DNA of 64,000 nucleotides from contig CAVNZM010000005.1 in assembly GCA_963693365.1 (NCBI GenBank), positions 10,251,228 to 10,315,227 of the forward strand, written 5' to 3'. The position numbers and the translations under genes are program-made. The notes below the pieces were generated by a model, which saw nothing but the letters and a program-made list of their open reading frames with translations, made no database searches and was not told the origin of the DNA. This stretch comes from Amoebidium appalachense. Its lineage: Eukaryota; Protista; Ichthyosporea. Below are positions 54,783 through 64,000 of this stretch, one piece after another (the stretch's first letter is position 1; each line of letters opens with the position of its first letter).

Positions 54783-55336
54783 CAAACACACAGCTTGGTG
54801 TAACCATCAAACCAGCAACACCGGGCAAACTTCCAAAAGTGAGCATCGCGGCCCACATGGGGTCAGTCGTCAGATTATCTGAGCCATCAGAATCAGTTAT
54901 CAAGAGCCAATCAGATGTCCCGATCAGGACGAGCATGGGTTCTAAACACGTGACCGAGACCCAATCAAGTACTTCCGTTATTGGTGATGCTCGGACCCAA
55001 TCAAATGCTTCCGTTGGTGGTGATGCTCAGAGGCAGTCAACCGGACAAACGCCAATGACCAAAAACCAATCGAAATCGTCCGCCAAAGCAACGTCGACAT
55101 CCACGGTGAAAAAGCCAGCGTCCGTGATCAAAAGTCAACCAAAATCCTCCAAGAGAAACAGTATGGGTATCAGACCCGTGACCGAAAGCCAATCAAATTC
55201 CGTTAATGGTCACGTAAATTCCGCTGCCAAAAACCGGCCAATCGCACGATCGCCAGTCACCAAGAACCAATCGAAACCCTCCGTTGGAAGCAACATTCAT
55301 GAAAGTCGTTCACGGTCCCCAAAGTGGAAACGATAA
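46201..55336 (+). CDS. Multi-exon gene, uncharacterised ~488-aa protein with a mitochondrial-type presequence and S/K/Q-rich repetitive C-terminus
   Basis: Phase-consistent GT-AG chain built by hand: 46201-46279, 47266-47454, 48562-48642, 48728-48883, 49882-49955, 50875-51018, 52080-52280, 54794-55336 (1467 nt, no internal stop). N-terminus MLISRAALSRVGTRQ...ISRRHQST; AATAAA 55398-55403. Extra exon candidates 48366-48442 and ~52863-52985 are unresolved. Confidence 0.6.
49028..49194 (+). repeat. Structured dispersed repeat, copy C (5'-truncated)
   Basis: Near-identical to 56335-56498; followed by poly-C. Confidence 0.9.
52500..52580 (+). repeat. Structured dispersed repeat, diverged internal fragment G; further 3' fragments at 53561-53680 (E) and ~46066-46137 (F)
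   Basis: G shares AGACGGG, TTCAAGTGAA and GTCTGAGTTGG. E shares ACGTGGGCCCC..GATGGGCTCTGCTTATGATGCATACT. F shares GTGTTATCCGT..TGTGTACTTCGTACT. Confidence 0.75.
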
Positions 55337-55951
55337 ACGTTGACTTTCTTCAATGGGAGGCAATATGCCAGAAATTGGACAAATGCTGAAATTTTCAAAT
55401 AAAGTTTGTGCAATGATCCATTCCTGCAATCGTGCAACAGATAATATGGCATTAGCATAAATTCATTGCCACCATCGGTGTACCCCCCCCCCCCCCCCCT
55501 CCCCCCCGTCCTCTCATTTATTTAATATCCCTCTTCCCTCCCTCCTCAATCCACCTTGCTTTGCTTCCATGTTTTCAAACCCTAATGCGTACATCAGACC
55601 TTCCCCCCCCCCCCCCCTCCCCCCGCCCCCCAGACTCCCCTTCCCCAAAAGACTCAAAAACACGTGCACACCAGGCAGCTCCGGGTGTGAGTACACAGCG
55701 TGCTTTACATAGTGTCACATTAACGTCAGACACAAAGAGCACACTCACTGGCTGTTTAGCTCGTGCACCAGTTGATAAATAGAACATTCAGATACTATTT
55801 TAGAACCTTTTTACTATCAATCTGAGATCAGACTCTATGGTAGACCTAGTAGTATTAGAATGTAACCAAGGGAGCTTGCTTCCGATGGAAAAATAATACA
55901 TTATGTATGCATACAAAATGAAAATGCTATGATACTGTACTTACAGGTGTG

Positions 55952-55982
<31 letters not shown>

Positions 55983-55988
55983 CTCTCC

Positions 55989-56077
<89 letters not shown>

Positions 56078-56251
56078 ACACAGTGCCATATGGTTACACA
56101 CAATTACGACACATGCACACACAGCGTCACCCATAGCCACACGTATGCAGCCACGCAGCGTGCCTTAGAAGCCCCGTCTCCTGAGTTCCTATCTATATTT
56201 TTCTTGCTTCTGCTTACTGCTGCAACTTTAACCCCCGGCCTTTCCCACTGC

Positions 56252-56496
56252 CCTTGCCTGCATAAGCAACCCTGCTCGTCTCTGATCAAGACGGGTGACC
56301 TACTCATGTTCAAGTGAAACAGTATCTGAGTTGGGTTTCGTTAACGAGGTGAATAGGTCGAAACTCGGGTACTGTGGATGACGTGGGCCCCCCTGAGGAT
56401 GGGCTCTGCTTATAATGCATACTCTTTATGTATGGCTTGCATTCTGCATCGTGTTATCCGTTTGTTCTTGTGTACTTCGTACTTTTTGACGCATTC

Positions 56497-56498
<2 letters not shown>
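56252..56498 (+). repeat. Structured dispersed repeat, copy D (full length)
   Basis: Aligns end to end with copy A; followed by poly-C at 56499. Confidence 0.9.
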
Positions 56499-56546
<48 letters not shown>

Positions 56547-56762
56547 ACGCACCCGCGTGCAAACAGAAATACACACACACACACACACCACCTGACGGCA
56601 CTTACACCCGTACGACCCTGGAACACACACGCATGCAAACGTTTGGCAAATTCAAAATGTCTCATCTACACACACAAACGCACGCACACACTAGATCCCC
56701 CCCCCCCCCCCCCCCCCCCTCTTCCCCCCCTCCCCCCCCCCCTCTCTCTAGATCTGTCTCAG

Positions 56763-56839
<77 letters not shown>

Positions 56840-57916
56840 GATCTTCTCTCTCTCTCAGAGTCTCTCTCTCTCTCACTCTCTCTCTCCCCCCCCCCCCCCC
56901 ACACTCCCTCTCCCTCCCTCCCCCCCCACCTTGCTCTAGGCTTCTTCCCTTCTCTCTTTTTTCTCTCTCTGCCTCCCTCCCCCCCCTCCCCGCTCACGTG
57001 GCACCCGGTGTGACTCACCACCGTGGCACCACCCGGCGGCCGGGGGCCCGGGGTTCGCGAAAATGCCCGCCAAAAGATGATGGTTTGCCAATCAAACGCT
57101 CAGTTTGTGCAGCAATTTGCGGTGCTGACGTCATTGCCCATTACGTGCTTGTAGACGCATTTGATTGGCTTTCTGGGCTGATCGGGAATTCGGGACTTTG
57201 GATGCATGTGACAAACATACATTGTGCTTTGCTGGACCTGTTATTCTTTCTGTGTACATTTTTGAGACAGTAAAACGCTTTTATATTAAAATTTATGACT
57301 GTTTGGTTGATGTATGCGGTAGTTATGTAATACGCACATGCACACCATTCGCCTACAAGGTGCCCGCATTCATCCAGCTTATGACGGATGCTTTGATGGC
57401 AACAGAGGATTGGCTTACAATCATGTAAATAGAATGCCAAGTGGCTCAGTTGGCCAATTTGACAGCGCCTATGAAATGCCAGATCCTTCCATCAACACTT
57501 CAGTTTATGAGGTGTCGTGCGCAGAAGACATGAAACGGAAAACTCGTTGTTTTTTCCTTGTCACTAAGAGATAATTTGGCATAAGCCGGAGTCTTTTTCC
57601 TCTTTAAAGTTAGGCAGTGAAGACGGTACCTAAAAGTTTGTTTTCCTAGAAGTATTACATCTAGTTTTGGCAGTCTTATTCTAAGTAATCCAGAGACAGT
57701 TACTGTCGCTTCTGTACTTTCTTTGCGGTTTAAATCGATAGTACTCTTTTGCCCAGAAGCAAACGTTTTGCAAAAATTGTTGACAAACGTCATTTTTAGT
57801 GTGTGTAGGAGGTTTTTACAGAGTCCACACACCACCACTTGAACAGATATACCGGTACCTACCTGAGTTTAATTCCAAAAACACACGTTTTCTGGAGACC
57901 TTGCGTCCACAGCAAC

Positions 57917-58678
57917 ATGAAAAAAATGGACAGCACACAACTCTTCCCCCCACGTTTCCACATCGTATTGGAGCCCCACCCACCCAGTGGCGCACCTCCA
58001 GCAAATTCACACGGCAATCCCGTGAATGGGTCAGCCACGCCTCCCTCTGCAAGCGATCAGGAACGCGAGGTTTTTCTCGTTCTGATGTCGCTTGCATACA
58101 AGGGGCTCGTTTTCGATATTCCAGTGCAGGTAGACAGAGACACCTTGGATGAAGCAATAAGGAGGAAAATGGCACCTCCCCCTGCTGCGGAAGAAGCGAT
58201 TGGCCGTTTGGACACACACGTGTTAGGATTGGATGGAAATCAAGAAATTGACGTGACGATTTTGGGGACGGTTTGTGTAGTGTGTCAATGCAACATGGAT
58301 GAAGGGGAGGAGGTGATTGTAATGCCGTGCAGTCATGCGTTTCATTCTGAATGTGTTGTACCCTGGCTGAAGAGACATAATGTGTGCCCGGTGTGCAGAG
58401 ACGGGATTCGATGTGACAGAAGTGTAGGGGGAAAGGAGGGTTGGGGCGCGATTCGCGGTTTGGGAGACGAACCGGAAACACCCGTTGAATTGACGGACGA
58501 AGATGTGAGCCGGCTTACAGAGAGAATGTCGGTGAACCATGTTAAGAGTATGATTTCTGCATCGGGGGGAAAGTATGATGATTGTATTGAAAGGAGCGAT
58601 TTGGTTATGAGGTTGTTGGAGCTGTTGAGCAAAAGGCGGGCGACCAATGAGGAACTTAGACGCAGGATTGGACGTTAA
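57917..58678 (+). CDS. RING-H2 E3 ubiquitin ligase (RNF181/RNF126-like RING) with a C-terminal SAP/LEM-like helical module
   Basis: PPPAAEEAIGRL followed by CVVC...MPCSHAFHSECVVPWLKRHNVCPVCR (C3H2C3). C-terminal MSVNHVKSMISASGGKYDDCIERSDLV. Single exon; ATG at 57917 or 57926; AATAAA 58751-58756. Confidence 0.93.
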   Translation: MKKMDSTQLFPPRFHIVLEPHPPSGAPPANSHGNPVNGSATPPSASDQEREVFLVLMSLAYKGLVFDIPVQVDRDTLDEAIRRKMAPPPAAEEAIGRLDTHVLGLDGNQEIDVTILGTVCVVCQCNMDEGEEVIVMPCSHAFHSECVVPWLKRHNVCPVCRDGIRCDRSVGGKEGWGAIRGLGDEPETPVELTDEDVSRLTERMSVNHVKSMISASGGKYDDCIERSDLVMRLLELLSKRRATNEELRRRIGR

Positions 58679-58973
58679 TGATTGGCGGGTATTATTTAAA
58701 GAACTTGGTGCTTCTGTGTAGTTCCTTTTTTTTTTTTTTTTTGTCTGTTGAATAAAGTGCAGATGAACGAAGGCAATGATAATTATGACATCATAGTGAA
58801 GTTAGTGCGCGCCAAGCTTAGTAAGTATGAAGTGTTACTTTTTGATGATTCAGAATGAGAACGAATAAAACTTTTCAAGTAAATAAACGAATACACGTTT
58901 GGTGTGAACCGTATGATGGAGTGACTGGGTACGCACCCACTTACGACGGTACAGGACAAGACATTTATCCCCG

Positions 58974-59018
<45 letters not shown>

Positions 59019-59442
59019 AAAAAAAAAAAAAAGGAGGAAAAAAAAAAAAAAAGAAAAAAAGAAAAAAGAGAAAGAAAAGAGAAAAAAAAAGAAAAGAAAA
59101 GAAACGACTCTGAAAGAAAAAAAAAAAAAAAGGGCAAGAAACTTTGGGAAAAAAACATGACCCAGCTAACATATCATGGTGTCATTGTGGAGGCATGGTG
59201 CCGCATGGGTCATACGTGGCTGGTATCATTTGAGATCCCATTGGTGCTACAGCCACCATGTTTACACAGGTGTGCTGCACACCACACCTTTCAACGCTTA
59301 CCTCACTATACCCTGCAGGCGCCATCGCCGTAGTTGATGTTTTTATCACAACTAGCCAGACAACAGGCTGCTTTTAAATTTGCTTTTTGCTCTTGGAAAT
59401 TCCATGTGATTACACTTGTGTCCCAACCCAATTATCCTACCC

Positions 59443-59473
<31 letters not shown>

Positions 59474-59819
59474 AATAACTCGCAGCTGTTCAATATTCGA
59501 GCTAAAGTTATTAACATGTTGGTTTCTGTGTTAATCTGTCCTCAGGGTGCGAGTTCGTGTGTATCACACGGTCTCTCTTTGCATGTCACGCTGATATTTA
59601 GCTGGGTGCTCCCCAGTACATTTCTAATGAATATGACTACAGTTCTGGAACACACGTAGGGCCCCCTTTCGTAAAAACGGTTTTTTGAATGTCCTTATAT
59701 GGCTAATCTGCCCTACGCTAGCGGGTTCTGTACATAATTAGCTCGTCGAATGTATTATAATTACAGACCCCCCCCCCCCCCCCCCCCCCCTCCCCCCCTC
59801 CCCCCCTGCAAGAACGCCA

Positions 59820-59861
<42 letters not shown>

Positions 59862-59896
59862 TGGTCCGACTCTTTGTCTCTCTCTCTCTCTCTCTC

Positions 59897-59930
<34 letters not shown>

Positions 59931-59988
59931 TCTCCCCCCCCCCCCCCCCTAGGCTTGCTCTCTGTCTCTCTCTCGTTCTCTCTCTCTC

Positions 59989-60042
<54 letters not shown>

Positions 60043-60045
60043 CCC

Positions 60046-60076
<31 letters not shown>

Positions 60077-60140
60077 CCCCCTTCCCCTCCCCCCTCTCTC
60101 TCTCCCTCTCTCTTCTTCTCACTCTTCACACACACTATCT

Positions 60141-60202
<62 letters not shown>

Positions 60203-60373
60203 ATCTTTCTCATTCTCTCCCTCACCCCCCCCCCCCCCCCTCTCCCTCTCCCTTCCCCCTCTCCCCCCCCCCCCCCCCCACACACACTTATCTGGCTCTC
60301 TCTCTCTCTCTCTCCTCTCTCCTCTCTCTTCCTCTCCTGGCCCCCTCCCCCCGCGCCTCTCTCTAGATAGATA

Positions 60374-60430
<57 letters not shown>

Positions 60431-60448
60431 TCCCGTTCTCCCTCTCTC

Positions 60449-60479
<31 letters not shown>

Positions 60480-61305
60480 ACTACAATAAGGGGCGCGGCA
60501 CCCCGTGAATGGTGACGTCACAAGTGACGTCACATTCACGCGGTCCCGCACCCCTTAGGATATGGGATATGTGAATATGAGATATGTGATATCTGTGTAC
60601 ACATATCGCGATATGGGATATATGTGATATGGGTGGATATATGTACATGAGCACGTGCCCGCACTGTGTGTGTGTGTGTGTGTGTAAAACACGTGCAGAG
60701 CACGTGGTTTTAACTAAATGATTAATCAATTAAAGAGAGAGAGGGCGGAACACGTGTACGCGTACGTGTACGCGTACATGTGGTGCGTACACAAGTGCGG
60801 ATCAAAGGAATGCGAAGGTTTGCGCAAGGCGTCCAATAAGAATTCGAATTCTGAATTCCATGTACAAGGCGTCCAATGGTATTACGGATGCGCAGGGCGG
60901 CCAATGATAATTCGGCTCAAAAAAGCAAATTGCCGCACAAGGCGTCCAATGAGCATTAAGGAAAGCACATTCCATCCCCAAGGCGTCCAATGAGCGCCCG
61001 GATCGGTCTATCTGGGTCTCTTATTGGACGCCTTAGGTACACAGGCGGCCGCCGCGACCACACACACACAAACAAACACGTACCGACGTTGTTTTTTGCA
61101 AGATGTTTGCTTTGGAGATTTATTGCACAGGCACAGGCTTGTTATTTTGCATACCGTTCTTTATTGAGGCGTTGCCCTGGCACAGCCAGGCTTAGCCTAG
61201 TAATTATTAAGTAGATTGATACTTGAGATTTAACATCGGAGACCGCGAAGGTCTACCAAGTGGTTGTGGCAGAGCCACCCCACGGGCCAAACAGCAACGT
61301 TTAGA

Positions 61306-61345
<40 letters not shown>

Positions 61346-61356
61346 CACACACACAT

Positions 61357-61409
<53 letters not shown>

Positions 61410-61492
61410 CACACACACCCACACACACACATGCACACACACATGCACACACACATGCACACACACATGCACACACATGCACACACACACAT

Positions 61493-61524
<32 letters not shown>

Positions 61525-61529
<5 letters not shown>

Positions 61530-61960
61530 CGCACACGTGCAGGCACACGTGTGCAATGCACCATAGTAGTCTTCAACTTGTGCTCTGTTTTTTTTCCTTG
61601 GATCTTTTTGCCGTCGGTTTTCTTTGTAGAAAAAAAACGTGAAAATAAAGGGCTCCGCCCAATGCATCCACAGATCACAAAGTTTTTTTATTTTTTATCG
61701 TTAAAATCTTCATAGATTTTTGTTAGAGTGTTTTGGCACACACATGCACACACATGCACACACATGCACACACACACGCACACGTGCAGGCACACGTGTG
61801 CAATGCACCATGGTAGTCTTCAGCTTGTGCTCTGTTTTTTTTCTTGGAACTTTCGTAAAAAAACAAAAGTTTATTTTTGCCGGCGGTTCAATTCTTTGTA
61901 TAAAAGAAGAAGAAAAAAAACGTGAAAATAAAGGGCACTGCCCACTATGTATACACAAAT
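61525..61960. repeat. Diverged tandem duplication (~250-bp period)
   Basis: CACACGTGCAGGCACACGTGTGCAATGCACCATRGTAGTCTTCARCTTGTGCTCTG and AAACGTGAAAATAAAGGGC each occur twice. Confidence 0.85.
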
Positions 61961-62069
61961 CACAACGGTGTCTATGTTAATGAGGCCATGGCATGCTCAA
62001 ACTTTAAGGTACTTTACTAAAAAAATTAAAAATGGCAAAGTTTAGGGCACTGCCCCCCTATCCTGTGCA

Positions 62070-63170
62070 CTAGCCCATGTAGCCTTGGTTCACAGTCTTG
62101 AGGGGCGGTGCCGCTGAGGTACGGAGTAGGTTAGGCACCCGGGTCCTACCGTAGAAGTAGGGGGCACCGACCGTCATGATGTTGTTGTTGTTGTTGTAGG
62201 GGGTGTTGCTGTTGGTGCTGCTGCTGCGGAGGGGGGCAAGGTTTTCCTTCTCCTTGGGGGCAATGTCGATGAACGTGCCGGACTTGCGCCGTGATGGTGC
62301 CTCCTTGTGGATGTTTTTCTTGATCAGCCCTGCAAACACAATCTTCTCACCTGCACCATACATACGCTCATTCGCAACCCCACGCAGCAATGCCTGCATG
62401 TCATGGAGGACATCCATGGCGACCCCTTTGAAGAGGGGCGTGGACTTCAACTTGGCTGCCTTTGCAGTGGCCACCATGGTCTGCAGGAAGCCAGCAACAA
62501 CACGAGCCAGGTGGCGGGCCACCTCTCTCTCCCTGTGGGGAGTGAGTCCTGCCTTGCACATCCCGACGATGGGCTCCCAGTTGGCCTCTATCTCCTCCAG
62601 GTACCTCTGCATGTAGTCGCCAACCAACTGAGGGTCTGTCTCTACCTTGTGCCTAGTGGATCTCTCATGCTCTGTGAACTGCGGTAGGAGGATGTCTACC
62701 ACAGCAGCAGCCACCCCCTTGAGCATGAGGGCGTTGCGGCACGCGAGTGTTGCCAAAAGCGACTTGCCGTGCAGTTCAGCCAGTTCTGCAGGCTCAGAGA
62801 TGGTACCACGCACCAGCATCTCAGGGAGCCATGCCCCATCAAAGTCATCTAGACCCGTGAAGCGTTTTTGGAAGTAGACTTCGCCCCCTGCATCATAGCC
62901 AGCGAAGAAGTCACCTTTCTTGGCGGAGAGGAGGAAGGACGCTGCGTTGGCGGAAACACTGGGCTGTGCTGCATACCCCTCAGCAAGCGTGCGGTAGGAT
63001 GCGTAGAAGGGTCACAGCAGAACAGTGTCAAGATCCAAATCTTTGAGATGCCAGGAGAAGGTGCGGCCAGGAGGAGGCCTGCGGGCTGGCACAGAAATGG
63101 CTGCTGCGGCGGCAGCAAGAACATCAGCATCGTCTAGATCTAGAGGGGGCAGGAAGGAGAGGTCTGCCAT
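62070..63170 (-). pseudogene. Intronless 366-codon gene of unknown function with one in-frame TGA
   Basis: ATG at 63170 gives MADLSFLPPLDLDDADVL...DLDTVLL*PFYASYRTLAEGY...GAWLPEMLVRGTISEP..., in frame with the listed 62070..62819 ORF. The only stop is TGA 63014-63012. Confidence 0.8.
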
Positions 63171-63455
63171 GGTTTCCAAAGTTCGCTGCTTGCAAAAAGA
63201 CCAGGCTAGAGTGGCTTAGAATATAAGAAAAAGTGTTTGAAGAAGGAACGTTTGCAGGTGGCTTTTGTGCCCTCCGGTGCACACACGCTACCGTGCTCCA
63301 AAATTCGGTGACTCCTGTTGCCCTAGGCGTCCAATAGGAGCGCAGGGGAGTCGCCAATGGAATGCAAGTCAACAAATTCTACAAAATTTGATTGGCCGCT
63401 CGCACCGCCCGCCAACGGTTTTTCCCTGCACACTTACCATAAACGGAAGGTTCCA

Positions 63456-63998
63456 TTAGAGGATGCCGCGTCCCGATACGTTTGGCGACCTGGCTGGCGG
63501 CCAGACGTAGGGCTTACCGCCGACAAGCACCTGCGCACCGCCCCCTCCGCCCCCTCTCCACTCGTAGCTGTTTCCCGTGCGTGTGCCTGCAGCATTCAAG
63601 TTATAAGGACCATATCCCAACGCATCCTGGGTGTTGTGCAGCAGGTAGTTGCCCGCATCCCTCGTGCCATTCCTCAGGGTCTTCCACGCACTGAATGCAC
63701 CATTCTGCGCGCCCTGCCCTGCACGCTGCGTGCCCTGCATGGCAGCATCGCCTGTGGCACGCGCTACCCCCTTGAGGCCCTTGAACACCGTCCCCCCCGG
63801 TTCCCCCGCCTTCCCTGCAGTGTAGGTGGCAGCATCCGCAGCCTTGTTGTACATGTAGTTGCCCACCCCCCTCGCAATGTCCCCCTTGTGCTTCCATGCA
63901 TAGTACCCCCCTGCCCCCAAGGCAGCACCGCCCGCCAGGGCCCCCACCCACTTGGCTACCTCTGAGGCCTTGTTTGGCCGGTTCTGCACGTAGATGAC
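63456..63998 (-). CDS. 3' part of a Gly/Ala-rich protein with one hydrophobic segment; start lies beyond the window
   Basis: Frame open to the window edge (VIYVQNRPNK...); TM-like WVGALAGGAALGAGGYYAWKHK; GC3-rich codons. Confidence 0.7.
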   Translation of the reverse strand, partial: VIYVQNRPNKASEVAKWVGALAGGAALGAGGYYAWKHKGDIARGVGNYMYNKAADAATYTAGKAGEPGGTVFKGLKGVARATGDAAMQGTQRAGQGAQNGAFSAWKTLRNGTRDAGNYLLHNTQDALGYGPYNLNAAGTRTGNSYEWRGGGGGGAQVLVGGKPYVWPPARSPNVSGRGIL

Positions 63999-64000
63999 AC

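Larger units (their letters stand above)
60479..64000. mobile_element. Probable left end of a large mobile element (CACTA/EnSpm-like terminus or endogenous viral end) running off the window
   Basis: CACTACAA at 60479 directly after a (TC)n tract; 71-bp hairpin 60487-60557; GATATG iterations; CAAGGCGTCCAAT x4 plus one inverted copy; intronless genes downstream. The other end and a transposase are not in the window. Confidence 0.5.

Noticed and set aside
56340-56410. Hammerhead (CTGAGGA, GAAAC), HDV-like (CGAA before a closing stem), SECIS or RNase P P4 (GTCTGAG/CTCAGAC) reading of the structured repeat
   Set aside because: Hammerhead core segments lack a stem II in any permutation. No HDV P1.1 or L3 consensus across copies. 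No 3' GA for a SECIS core. Spacing is far too short for RNase P.
63012-63014. In-frame TGA as selenocysteine or an alternative genetic code
   Set aside because: No redox motif or SECIS seen, and the Ngaro RNase H frame ends at TGA; a point mutation is simpler.

Overview
Eukaryotic genomic DNA. Spliceosomal introns are filled with (CA)n/(TG)n, (GA)n/(TC)n and poly-C/poly-G tracts, so most of the supplied ORFs are microsatellite artefacts. The lineage cannot be read from the sequence; a unicellular opisthokont such as an ichthyosporean is only a guess. Contents: (1) A transposon cluster at 8.0-21.2 kb. It holds a young full-length Ty1/copia element (925-bp LTRs, CAGTT target-site duplication) and a triple nest of a TA-flanked TIR element, an Ngaro-type tyrosine-recombinase retrotransposon inside it, and a copia-type TRIM inside that. 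(2) Host genes: a first exon of an ELEHL-repeat protein, a secreted two-repeat Cys-rich protein, minus-strand ankyrin exons, a hand-built 8-exon gene with a mitochondrial-type presequence, and a RING-H2 ligase. (3) From 60.5 kb, the apparent left end of a large element with a CACTACAA start, a 71-bp hairpin, iterated motifs and compact intronless cargo genes. The most unusual signal is a dispersed ~250-bp element, seen as 7 copies or fragments. It has covarying stems and a pseudoknot-type pairing, mostly ends in poly-C, and lies on the sense strand of the neighbouring host genes, mostly inside inferred introns. All alignments and folds were done by eye. Long homopolymers may include assembly error.
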